From Octopus sinensis (lineage: Eukaryota): a stretch of DNA of 64,000 nt. Where the stretch lies: assembly GCF_006345805.1 (NCBI RefSeq), contig NC_043002.1, positions 89,590,001 to 89,654,000 of the forward strand, given 5' to 3'. Shown here in pieces: positions 36,597 to 48,700 of the stretch (its first letter is position 1; the number at the start of each line of letters is the position of its first letter). The notes beneath the pieces were generated by a model. The model was not told where the DNA came from and did no database searches. It was given only the letters and a program-made list of their open reading frames with translations. A program made the position numbers and the translations under genes.

Positions 36597-36686
36597 GTAG
36601 ATATATATATCTATATATATATATATATCTATATATTATATATATCTATATATATTTATATATCTATTATATATATATATATATAT

Positions 36687-36766
<80 letters not shown>

Positions 36767-37115
36767 ATATATATATATATCTATATATATATATATCTAT
36801 AATATATATATATATATCTATATATATATATATATCTATATATATATATATATATATCTATATATATCTATTATATATATATATATATCTATATATCTAT
36901 CTATATATATCTATATATATATCTATTATATATATATATATATCTATTATATTATATCTATATATATATATATATAATATATATATATATATTATATATA
37001 TATATATATATATATCTATATATATATATATATATATCTATATATATATATATAATCTATATATATCTATATATATATCTATTATATATATATATATCTA
37101 TATATATATCTATAT

Positions 37116-37195
<80 letters not shown>

Positions 37196-37200
37196 ATCTT
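36597..37200. repeat. Imperfect (TA)n tract, ~600 bp
   Basis: Direct inspection. Confidence 0.95.
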
Positions 37201-37424
37201 TAGGTAAATATATTCAATAAGAATATTATATACTGAATTTATATCGAGTGCTCCATTGTATAAAAATATTAATACTATTAAAGTATTTATATATTTAATA
37301 CGAGCGATATATACATATATTTTTTAATAATATATTATTATTATTAATATAAGAAAATCAATATCCAAACTCATCATAAAATAATAATTAAATAATTCAA
37401 AATTTTAAAACTATCAAATTCATT

Positions 37425-37665
37425 TTATACATTATCGACAAACAACGGCAGTAATTTTATTCAGCTGAATACACGCCATTGATTGGTTGAAATTACCGAA
37501 ATGCGACAACTTTAAAATGAAATAACTTCGTAAATATAAACTTTCCTCAAAAACGCTAAGAGTAAAAGATGTTTTATATGACACATTATACCAGTATACG
37601 AAGTTTGAAAGTGTTTAGTTACAAAAAATTATTTTCTACATCTGCCGGTCAAAAGGTAAAGATCC
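37425..37665 (+). mobile_element. Right part of an unclassified non-autonomous DNA-transposon-like repeat
   Basis: Homologous to 61225-61370 (AATTACCxAAATxCGACAACTTTAA..AAATAACTTC..CCAGTAT..AAGTTT); ends AAAAGGTAAAGATCC. Confidence 0.5.
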
Positions 37666-40620
37666 GCAACGGCAACTACAATAACAACAAGAATAATAGA
37701 AACAGCAACAACAGGTACAACAGCAACAACAGGTACAACAGCAATTACAACAACAAAAGCAGCAGAATCAAAAGTTGTTGGAATTATTGTTGCAGTCCAA
37801 AAACACTTCAAGTTCGTTTTCGGCAGACGTGGGTAGCTAATTCAATTGAAGAATGCCAAAGGATTATAAATTTACGACTGGTCGCAGAAAAAAATTGAAA
37901 AAGATTATTCAAATACACATACGTGTCGACCTGTAACAGAAAAAAGAAAAACAACAGCCAAGACTCAAACTATGCTATGAGTGTGGAGAAATACATTTTA
38001 AAAGAAAGTGTCCTTTTAAAAATCTAAAATATTATGGATGTGGAAAAATCGGACAAAAGAATTCACATTGTTGGGTGAAACAAAAAAGGTCGAAAGAAAT
38101 TCGAGAAAAAAATATTGTCAACACAAATGCAAAGCGAGGCGCCCCCCAAAAAATTTGTCTCCATAAAAAATAAATAATGTGAATACGAGACACAGGTAGT
38201 GATATGATAATTAACGAGGATGCATGGAGAAAAATAGGAAAGCCTACAATGAAAAAAACATCGAAAATTGCGTGAGGTATTTCAGGGAAGCAATTGCGAA
38301 ATGATGGTGACGTGACATTTATTGGAAAAACTTTTAAAGTCAAAGTTTTTACATTAAAAAAATACGACAAACCTATTTGGCACAGACTGGATGGAACTAT
38401 TTAATTTATGGAACCTCCCCATAAATATTTTTTGTAATAATGGAAACGGTTCTTACGCCAGTTCAAATAAGGCGTCGGAGGATTTAAGTAAGAAATTAAA
38501 AAAATATTTTGCCTGATGTTTTTTTCTGAAGAATTAGGTAGGTGCACCGAGACAAAAGTAAAATTTAAAATGAAATAAAACGCTGTACAGATATTTAAAC
38601 CGAAGCGAGCAGTACCTTTCGCGACGTTGACTCAAGTCAACGAGGTATTGGATAGACTTGAAAAGTTTGGAGTTATAGAAAAATTGATTATTCAGAATGG
38701 CCATCAGCAACTGCTTATGTAAAGAAAAAAAATACGAGTATGGGCTGACTTTTCAACAGTCTTGAACGAATGTTTGATGGCACAAATTACCCGGAGGAAA
38801 GTTTTTTTCAAAGTTGGACTTCTTACAGTTACAAGTCGAGGAAGAATGTTCGAAATTATTAACGATAAACACCAATAAAGGCTTATATAAATTCAATCAA
38901 CTTTCTTTTGGGATAAAGGTGGAACCTAGTATTTTCCAACAGGTGATGGACACTATGCTTATGGATACAGATTTTGCAATAGCCTACATAGATGACATAC
39001 GCATAAAAATTGAGTCTCGAGGCCAGCATGAGGAACGTGTTAAAAAGGTCTTTGAAAGAATAAAGGAATATAGAATTAAACTTAGCGAGGGAAAATGCGA
39101 ATTTTTCATGCCAGAAAAAAGTATCTAAGGCAAGTTATCGATAAAAATGGTCGCAGGCCAGATTCCTCAAGATCGATTGCAATAAATAATATGCCTCCCC
39201 CGAAAAATATTACAACGTTACAAGCGTTCTTGGGGCTCGCAAACCATTACCAAACATATATACCGAATATGCATGAGCTAAGAGCATCCCTAAACAACCT
39301 AGTGAAAAAAGACGTTAAATGGTATTGGCTGGTCAGGTGCCAAGAAACGTTCGAAGAAATTAAAAAAGGTTTAACATCGGAACTATTATCGCACATTGTT
39401 CAAAATTTAAAAATAGTAGTAGCACCAGATGCAAGCGAAAGTGGTATAGGAGTAGTAATTTTACATAAGTATGAAAATGGTAGCCTAAAACCCATGCTCA
39501 TGTTTCACGTTCATTGTTGGCGGCTGAAAAAACTACAGCCAAATTGAGAAGGAAGCATTAGCCATTATTTTTGCGGTGAAAAAATTTCACAAATTCATAC
39601 ATGGAAGGAAATTCAGTTTGCCGACAGATCACCGCCCATTGTTGTCAACCGATTGCAGCGCTAGGGACAATCCTGCTAAATAATAACTTTAAGATGGAAT
39701 TTCTACCATCAAAAAACGAAAACAAAAAACTAGGACATGCAGATGGGCTGTCAAGATTGATACCTAAATACAATGAACCGTTAGAGGACGCAGTAATAGC
39801 GGCATTAAAAGCTGAAACCAAACTAAAAAAAAATATATACTCTGCAACGTAGTACGCGAACTACCTGTCACTTTAGAGGAAATAAAAATTAAACGAGAGA
39901 AGGATGTGTTCATAATAAAAATGGAAAAAAATATTTTCGGATCCGACAGGGAGAGTCGTGTATCGTCTTTGCTCTGTTTAAAAAGCAGAAAGTGTGCATA
40001 AATCGGTGAAATAATCTACTGAAAGTCACAAATTCAACTCATAAAGCCCACTACAACACTTCGGCTACAAATATATTAATCAAAAACGTAATATATTTTG
40101 CCTGAAGCCAAACACAGTAAAATTTTTTCTTTTGACCGAAAACGCACATGGCGAAAAAAAAAAATCCACTGTAGAAGGAAAAAGAAACATCTCCTGGAAA
40201 ATAACCACGAAAAAAACCACGAAAAATCCAGACCACATCTTTGGATTAAGTATCACTTTCATCTTCTATTTCATATTTTGTTTATTATCCTATTTTATAT
40301 AACCTAAGCCCACATCTCCGTTAAAGTCTACGATCGCTATTTTTTTGTTTGTTTACATTTCAATAACTGTCTCGAACTTGGCTTCAAAATTAAATAACCC
40401 TTTCTTCACACTTTAAAATATATATATATTTTAATATATTTTCACTCATTTTCTTTCTTTTTTTCCACCTTCCTTCTCTCCCCGTCTGTGTATATGTGTA
40501 TGTGTGTGCACGTGTATGTATGTGTGTGTGCGTGTATGTATATATGTATGCGTATATATGCATGGACGTGAACTTTCACGAACTTTATATAGATAACTAA
40601 TCTTTCCCCTCTTTCTTACC

Positions 40621-41455
40621 TCTTTCAGATACTCCATCTTCTAATTAGCCTTAAGATTAAATAACGTTTAATACTGTTTATTGTTAATAATTTTTCAGAT
40701 ACTCTATCTTCTAATTAGCCTAAGAATAAACAACGTTTATTACCCACACTTTAACATCTAATTTTTTACCCACACTCTAATATCTTTCTAATTAGCCTTT
40801 TTACCCACATTTTAAATATTTGTTAATATATTTTCAGATACTCTATCCTCTAATTAGCCTTAAGATTAAATAACGTTTCACCCACACTTTAATATATTTT
40901 TTGATGCTCTACCTTCTAATTAGCCTCAAGATTAAATAACGATTATTACCCACACTTTAATATAATTGTAATATTGTTAACATATTTTCAGATACTCTAT
41001 CCTCTAATTAGCCTTAAGATTAAATAACGTTTTACCCACACTTTAACTTTAACTTTTTCACCCATACTTTAATATATTTTTGGATGCTCTACCTTCTAAT
41101 TAGCCTCAAGATTAAATAACGATTATTACCCACACTTTAATATAATTGTAATATTGTTAACATATTTTCAGATACTCTATCCTCTAATTAGCCTTAAGAT
41201 TAAATAACGTTTTTACCCACACTTTAACTTTTTCACCCACACTTTAATATATTTTTGAATACTCTACCTTCTAATTAGCCCCAAGATTAAATAACGATTA
41301 TTACCCACACTTTAATATAATTGTAATATTGTTAACATATTTTCAGATACTCTATCTCCTAATTAGCCTAAGATTAAATAACGTTTTTACCCACAAACTT
41401 TAATATTGTTAATATTAATAATACTCTATCCCATAATTAGCCTTAAGATTAAATA
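40621..41455 (+). repeat. Tandem array of 11 units (~65-90 bp) upstream of LINE-B ORF1
   Basis: Core TACTCTAxCxTCTAATTAGCCTxAAGATTAAATAACG..TTACCCACACTTTAA; A/B units alternate as a ~180-bp dimer x3 (40830-41400). Confidence 0.95.
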
Positions 41456-41514
41456 TCTTCTTGTCTTCTCTCGAACATAGTTAAATAGATAAACAAATAG
41501 ACAGATCATCCAGC

Positions 41515-42411
41515 ATGTCCAGAGCATGGAGACCTGACGAGCTGGATTTATTCGTACAAGCATGGGGGTGCGCCGGCGGAGATAGCCCTAGCGAGGTGAT
41601 TGCGGCTGCGCTGAAGAGCAGAGGCTACAAGAGGACAGCGGCTCAGATGGAGCGAAAGAGACGGGAATTCGTGCGCTCATATGCGCTTGTACGGTCGCAC
41701 ATTGGCGCACTTGATGCCATCTTTGAGAACGAGCGAGGCAAAGATGACAAGAATGGAGACGATGAAAGAAGTCACCCCCACCTGGTGGACGCCCGGGAGG
41801 AGGTTTTGAATGAGAAACCTGCCCGGGAAGTGAACCCAGGTGCAAGTTCTCCAACCGGCAGCAAAGGCCATAGAGACGGAGAATCCGGTGAAGAGGTAGA
41901 GGGAGGAGGAAGAACTAAAAGAAGGGATGGTAGAGCTAAAGGAAAAGCTCAAGCAGGACCAACCAGGAATAGAAGTGGAACCGCAAAAGATGGAAACGGA
42001 CAGCGCACACAGGTGTGTAGGTTCTACCTGAGAGGTTCCTGCTGGCATGGAAAGGAAGGTGCAGGCTGCCGCTTTGCACATTGGGGACCCTGCCACAGAG
42101 ACACGAGGCAGATGGACAAACCATCAACACAAGGAAAAGGGATGGACCACGCACCACTTGCCCCAAAGCGGAGGTACGCAGATGTTGTGCGTGCCACAAA
42201 CCACCAACATGATGTTGTCGAAAGGGCAGCTGCTGAGCAACAATCTTTTTTGTGCATGGCACAAAAGATTGTACAGCAGCTGACCTGGCTTCATCAAACC
42301 CAAGCCCGCAGGTGGGACTACCCACTATATACCAGACCACCACCACAGCAAACAGACCCAGGATGGACACCACCGGCAACAACGTACACCTCACCTCGAT
42401 GCTCCTACTGA
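41515..42411 (+). CDS. LINE-B ORF1 (298 aa): Myb/SANT-like N-terminus plus CCCH zinc finger
   Basis: WRPDELDLFVQAW..EVIAAALKSRGYKRTAAQMERKRREFVRSY fits the trihelix Myb/SANT pattern; CRFYLRGSCWHGKEGAGCRFAH is CCCH; uninterrupted ORF. Confidence 0.85.
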   Translation: MSRAWRPDELDLFVQAWGCAGGDSPSEVIAAALKSRGYKRTAAQMERKRREFVRSYALVRSHIGALDAIFENERGKDDKNGDDERSHPHLVDAREEVLNEKPAREVNPGASSPTGSKGHRDGESGEEVEGGGRTKRRDGRAKGKAQAGPTRNRSGTAKDGNGQRTQVCRFYLRGSCWHGKEGAGCRFAHWGPCHRDTRQMDKPSTQGKGMDHAPLAPKRRYADVVRATNHQHDVVERAAAEQQSFLCMAQKIVQQLTWLHQTQARRWDYPLYTRPPPQQTDPGWTPPATTYTSPRCSY

Positions 42412-45358
42412 ACATCAGAGGACTGCAAACACTCAGTAACAGGACAAAAATCCCGTTCCTGAGAGATTTTGTTGCATGCAATCAAGCCTTATGCATAGCA
42501 CTAACGGAAACGCACCTGAAACCGGACATAGCAGATGCGGAGTTACACATACCACAGTATGCTGTACTACGGACCGACAGGAAAGAAAGGAGTCATGGAG
42601 GTGTTGCTATGTACATCCGTGAGGACCTCACACCCCAGGTCCTCTTGTCATACTCAAACTCGGTGTGTGACACACTAATTGTACATATTAGGCAACTTGA
42701 TGTAGTTGTGTGTGCTACATACCGCCCTCCAGATGCCCCAAGCCATGTGGGCAAGTTTGAAGACTGCCTTATAAAAATAGAAGAAGTTCTAACCACATTA
42801 GAACAACACATAAGTGTACTTCTTATGGGAGACTTCAATCTGCCAAATGTCAGATGGCCCGAGGGCCTTTCTCTCCCGGGAATGACAAGATGTGAACGAG
42901 GACAGGCGAGGTCCCTCCTGAACCTCATCAACACCCTGTACATGGAGCAGGTAATACTCCAACCAACCAGGGCAGGTAACACACTGGATCTCTGCTTCAC
43001 AAATGACATGGATCTCATCCATAATGTGAAAGTGACACCGACACTACTCTCGGATCACAACATGATAGAGCTGACCATGTACGGGCCAAAAGAGAGCACG
43101 GACATGCAGCCTACAAGAAACCCCCAGAATCTTTCCAGCTTGAACTACCATAAGGCAAACTGGAAACAATTGAGAAAGAGATCCTCAAACAAAACTGGCC
43201 TAAATGTCTCTCCTCGCCAGACATCGACGTGAAACTTCAACAATTCATGTCTGTAATGCAAGCCATATGCTACAAATATGTCCCAGAGAGAAAGGCCACT
43301 GTACACAAGAACAAAATCCCCAGAGAGAGGAAAATTCTAATGAGACGGCGTACAAAATTTTCAAATCGCCTAAACAAACAGATTGAAAGCAGTGAAAAGT
43401 CCCGCCTAAAAATAAAACTGTTGGAAATCGAAAAATGTCTGAAACTCTCCCATGAAAAGGAAAGAGCAGACAAAGAAGCCTGGGCTATAGACAACATAAA
43501 ATCTAACCCCAGAGCTTTCTACAGGTATGCCAAAGAAACAGCTACGGTGCACTGTAGAATAGGGCCACTCCTCGAAAAGGATGGCACACTTACAGGAAAA
43601 CCAGTGAGGGTAAGTGAAATACTGAATGAGCAATTCAAGAGTGTTTTCACTCCACCCCTTGGGCATCTCCAAATCACCAATCCAACTGACTTTTTTACCA
43701 CTGCAGATATAAAATCAGAGGCGGCGACGATAGATTACATCGATATAAAGGAAGACGATGTAATCAAGGCTATAGATGAAATGAAAACAGACTCAGCTAC
43801 TGGCCCCGATGGATTCCCGGCAATCCTCCTAAAAGCATGTAAGAGAGTCCTAGCAAGACCACTGCAGTTCCTCTTTCAGAGCTTCCTTGCAGCTGGCAAA
43901 CTTCCAAGAAAACTGAAGGAAGGTAAAATATGCCCCATTCATAAAGGAGGTAGCAGAGCGGAAGCCAAGAACTATAGACCTATCTCTCTGACCTCACACA
44001 TCAGCAAGGTCATGGAACGAATAGTCAGAAGGAAGCTGATCACCTTCCTTGAAGAAAATGACTTGCTGCCCGACACCCAACATGGTTTCCGACCAGGGAG
44101 AAGCTGTTTAACTCAGCTCCTACAACACTATGACTGGGTGCTGAAACGGCTGCTCAACCACTCAAATGTGGAAGTGATATATCTCGACTTTGCAAAGGCC
44201 TTTGATAAAGTCGATCATGGAATGATATGTCACAAACTGCGTGATCTCAACATAGTTGGAAAACTGGGAGAATGGCTTCATGACTTTCTGAAAGATAGAA
44301 GTCAGGTGGTGGTGGCCAATGGGGCCACTTCCATTAACACGCAAATAGTGAGCGGTGTTCCGCAGGGCACTGTTCTGGGACCACTACTGTTCATAATGGC
44401 CCTCTCAGACATGCCCTCAGCCACGCAGAGAGCCACGATCACAAGTTATGCAGATGATACAAAAGTTTCACAGGCAATACAGAACCCTGAGGACACTAAA
44501 CACCTGCAATGTGAGCTAGACAAAATATACAAGTGGGCCGAAAAGAATAGCATGCAGTTCAATGCTGAAAAGTTTCAAGCTCTATACTATCAGCATGCAA
44601 AACTAAATGCAATACCCAATGAATACACTGGACCCGGAGGAATAGCAATCCCAGAGGCACAATCAGTGCGTGACCTAGGTATTTACATGAGTGATGACGC
44701 GACCTTTCGTGTACATGTTGCTAAATTGGCAATGAAATGTAGACGACTGGCCGGATGGATCCTCAGAACCTTTAGAACAAGAGAACAAGAAACCATGATG
44801 GTCCTCTGGAGGACACTTGTCCTAAGCCACTTTGACTACTGCTCTCAGTTATGGTCACCATCCAGTGTCAAGTTGATCACAGAGCTCGAGGCGATCCAAC
44901 GTAGCTACACGAAGAAGATAGCCTCTATGCAGAATGTAAGCTACTGGGAAAGACTCAGGAAATTAAAATTATATTCCCTGGAGCGTAGGCGGGAAAGATA
45001 TGCCATAATATACATCTGGAAGATCCTGGAGGGAAGTGTCCTGAACTTTGGCATCGAGAGTTACGCAAATGCCAGAACTGGGCGCCACTGCGTGGTGCCT
45101 AGGACTCCAAACTTGCCATCAAGATGTAGGACAAGATTCTGTGATAGCCTGGGCTTCCGAGGCCCACAGCTCTTCAATATCCTCCCGAAGAACCTGAGAG
45201 ACCTGCATGGGGTGGATACAGATGTCTTTAAAATGAAGCTGGATCTCTTCCTGTCAGGTGTCCCAGATGAACCAACTTCACGGCAAGAGGGGCAGATGAG
45301 GGCAGCTGCATCGAACTCTCTCATGCACCAAATAGCAGCTGCTAGAAAGCCTTCATGA
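42363..45358 (+). CDS. LINE-B ORF2, APE endonuclease-RT, with a single 1-nt frameshift near 43170
   Basis: APE motifs LLNIRGL, LTETHL, TYRPP, GDFNLP, LDL, SDH; RT motifs YRPISL, LDFAKAFD, GVPQGTVLGP, YADD. Adding one base at CAA-TT-GAG joins ORFs 42252..43232 and 43229..45358 into ~998 aa. Confidence 0.93.
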
Positions 45359-46693
45359 AGTGAAACCAAGTAGCAACACCAAATGGCGGTGCCCCAGCAT
45401 GGCCACAGCTCATAAGCTGAAACTGGAAAAATCAAAATCAATCAAAATCATAAACAAATATAAGAACTTCTGTAGCCGAGCGTAATCCTGTTTCAAAATG
45501 TTATTCGATATGTGATGACGTACTTATGTTCGCTCAGAGGGTCATAATACATGTTTCTTTGCAAAATCGTATGCTAAAAAAATTCCGCATAGGACATCTG
45601 GGAATCGTGAGAATGAAAGCACTGATGAGGAGCTATGTCTACTGGCCGAATATAGATCAGAATATTGAAAAATTGTTGAAAGCCTGCTGGGGTTGTATCC
45701 TGGCAGCAAAAGCACCACCTATAAAAATTCAACCTTGGCCCAAGACTGACATACCTTGATCCAGACTACACACAACCTTCGCAAGACCATTAAATGGAGG
45801 GTATTATCTAATTGCTGTGGATAGTTACACGAAATGGCCGGAAATAAGTAAATGTAGGAAGCCAACCTCCAAAGTAACAATGGAATTTCTGGACGAACGT
45901 TTTACGCGATATGGCGTCCCAGACTATAGCGTCTGATAACGGAACACAGTTCACGTCGAAGGAATTAAAAAACTTTTGCAAAATGCATGCAATGGAGCAT
46001 ATTATTACTCCACCATACCACCCGAGATCGAATGGACTAACGGAACGTTTTGTTGACACGTTTAAGATGGGGCTCAAAAAATCTAGAAAAGAGCTACTAG
46101 CTGATACTGTATTGACGCAATTCTTAAGTGTCTATCGAATAACACCTAACCCCAACACCACTTCAGGTATGTCGCTGGCTGTACTAATGTTCGCCAGGAA
46201 AGTCAGGTCAGTGTTTGACAAATTACTACCGGGAAGAAAAAAAAATGGAGAGAAACACCGAAAATAAGATAAAATACTTCAAAATCGGCGACAAGGTGTT
46301 CTTTTTAAATATATAGAAATGGAAAGGAATGTTGGGAAGTAGGTATAATAAGTAAACGTTTAGGAAAAATAACGTATATGGTAAAAGGTGGGAACTCAAA
46401 AGATATTTAAACCAACTGAAAAGACGGCTTACGGAAGAAAGAATAAGACATGAAGAACCAATAGAATTTCTTTATGACATTTTTGACGTCCCGGTACCTC
46501 AAGGAATAGACGAACCAACGAGTACAGCGACCAGCAAAAGAAAATAAACAGAACTTTTGCAAGTAGAGTCAAAACGAAATAAAATATTCCAATTTCTTCC
46601 CGGGGAATTAAGTAAAAAAAAGGAGGGGTGAGAGGTGGTAATAAATATGTAATAAATAAAAAAAAATATTGACTTCCAAGAAAAGTCAAGCTC

Positions 46694-46901
46694 AAAAGGG
46701 GAGATGTTGTGGTGAAATCCTGACACTCTTGTGGCATAGCAAATGAACTGTCCTAAACCTTACAAAGGCGCATGCGTACTGACAATGCGACGTCCAGTCG
46801 CATTTGCGAAGGCAGTCGTAGAAGTCGTTGAGAAGAGATATAAGTTTATTACGTGTTTGTTACTAATTTAGTTTATGTAGTGTAGTCTATATCCAACCTC
46901 A
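46694..46901 (+). mobile_element. Gypsy polypurine tract and 3' LTR
   Basis: PPT AAAAGGGGAGA (46694-46704) directly before TGTTGTGG; probable end CCAACCTCA at ~46901. Confidence 0.7.
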
Positions 46902-46989
46902 AGGATATGAATTATTTTGACGTAGCATAATATAAAATAAATATATTACTGAGTTTTTCAAATAAACTTCTCTTTAAAACCATAGATAA

Positions 46990-47700
46990 TATCTTGGATA
47001 AATAACCCCTCACTTTGAAGGCTACTACTAGAGCTCCTAATACAATAAAGCCTGGCTAGGTGGCTAACAGTTTTCAGATTCTTATATCAACAGCCCTGGT
47101 TTTATTTAGTGCCAATCGAGTAGTTCAAATGTATGTATGAGTACTGGTACAGCAAACACATCGTTGGCCGCTGGTTTATAGCATGTAGAGAGAACCATAT
47201 ATTTTTTTGCCCTGGATTTGTATTCCCTGTTACGCGTTATTCCTTTTACACGTGACATCAGAGGATTTATTTTCACCTGACAGCAATCAACTGCTCACCA
47301 AGCTACACACAATTCAGAAATGTCACAAACAAACGAAGACAATTACACCTGATAGCCATTACACCTCTGTGTTTATCGGTGGACTTTCAAATTCTTTGTC
47401 ATTTTTGTCACAAGTTCCCGAGAAAGACCGTCTTGAAATACATAAAATTCGATAAATTGACAGTTTTTATTACAATGGAAAAGGCTTCTTGCAGACATCA
47501 CGTATTTTTTTGCAACCAAATATTGGTTATTGACAACACAGAATATCTAACAACTTTTAGGTACATTTATAGAAATAATCAATGAAAAATTTAGAAAGAG
47601 GCAAATTATTATCCTTGTAGGATGTTATTTTTGAACGCTGTCTCAACTTAAAATATTGTCTCAATATTTTATGATTGCCGTAATACTCATGTAAAGAATA
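46990..47700 (-). pseudogene. Very degenerate R4/Dong-like RT fragment
   Basis: Patches REYKSRAKNIW and VFAVPVLIHTFELLDW resemble the post-RT region of R4/Dong; many stops. Confidence 0.4.
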
Positions 47701-47759
47701 TTTTCTCTTGAGATTAACATTTAAAAACTTAACTTGAGTATACTTGTCAACACTGCCTG

Positions 47760-48700
47760 CTACATTCTCCCGGAATTTTCGAAATAGAAAACAATGACCA
47801 CGCTTTCTGATTCCTCTCTTCCAGGCAGCCCACCACTTACACCTTTATACGACGCCATGTTGGTCACGATGCACATAAAGTTAACTGGCTCAGCGCATTT
47901 AGCACGTCTCTTGCACTTTGGTATTTCTGCTTACTCACAGCAATTATACATCACCTCAGCGCCAGGTACCCCAGGTCTCTGCACTTCCTCTAAGACACCT
48001 ACTACTCAATGCACACTTCTGCCAGAAGTCTCTCTATCATACCACAGATTGAGAATAGCACTCTCTCGCCTTCTTTCAAAGAAATTCCGCAGCTGCACCG
48101 TATTCACACGCACATGTATGAGCAATCCGGTATCAAATCCCGGGCAAGCTCATTCAACGCTGTCCCTAAGCCAACACCGCACGAATCCCATATTGCACTT
48201 TGCACACAAGCGATACTGCATGTTATTCGAACCTACTCGAATATGCATCTGCACTCTCGTATATTTAACCTCAGATTCTCGCTCATGGTACCTATAATTT
48301 TTCTAGCCTTGCTTCACATTCACATATACCCTGTGCACTTTCAATTCAGAAATTGTTTAATTTTCGCACAGTGCACATCCCCATAAATTTTCCTCGTATA
48401 GTTCACTTTCTATGACAAGCTCAATGGAGTGGGAGTAGTAAAATCGTTGGTTCCTGGATTTTCAACCAGGAATCGGAACCGTAGTCTAAGTATTTCCGCT
48501 ATCTTCTTTCATTTGTTCTGTCAAAATGCACTTCGAAATTTACGAGCCATTTCTCGACATTTCTTGGGCCACCAACTGTTCAACCTCGATAACCCAGGAA
48601 AAATCTTTTGTTCTCAAGACCTACTTTAGCTAGGAAATGATTATATATACAGAACACTAAACAGAATTCTTTCTCTTTTATCGGGCACCTTTGCCAGAGG
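47760..48700 (-). pseudogene. Possible degenerate L1/Tx1-type endonuclease region
   Basis: Patch IIAVSKQKYQSARDV weakly resembles the APE N-terminal AxSET motif; GC-richer than the flanks. Confidence 0.25.

Larger units (their letters stand above)
39931..45450 (+). mobile_element. LINE-B: apparently full-length CR1-group non-LTR retrotransposon
   Basis: Interrupts Gypsy pol; ~1.6 kb 5' region, ORF1, overlapping ORF2, short 3' UTR and AATCAA-type tail at 45428-45450. The 5' boundary is inferred from loss of Gypsy homology. Confidence 0.9.
37666..46901 (+). mobile_element. Decayed Gypsy (K02A2.6-like) LTR retrotransposon, interrupted by LINE-B; 5' LTR not found
   Basis: Q-rich gag; knuckle CYECGEIHFKRKC; protease DTGSD (~38195); RT IAYIDD (38814..39128); RNase H DASESGIG; integrase HLGIVRMKALMRSYVYWP, SDNGTQF, PYHPRSNGLTERF (45500-46267); many stops and frameshifts. 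Confidence 0.93.

Noticed and set aside
36489-36977. ORFs made of YI, HT, VC, NNN or LLL runs (also 3790, 16407, 17430-17787, 18641, 21124-21418, 51785-52352, 63382)
   Set aside because: Translations of microsatellites; no coding signal.
39905-39925. TCATAA as a TSD for LINE-B (also at ~45448)
   Set aside because: The Gypsy-like reading continues past it on the left; a 6-mer in AT-rich DNA is likely chance.
41588-45441. Antisense and alternate-frame ORFs over the LINEs (e.g. 41936..42481, 42593..43018, 33593..33979, 34999..35514)
   Set aside because: Shadows of long, GC-richer LINE ORFs; no recognisable motifs.
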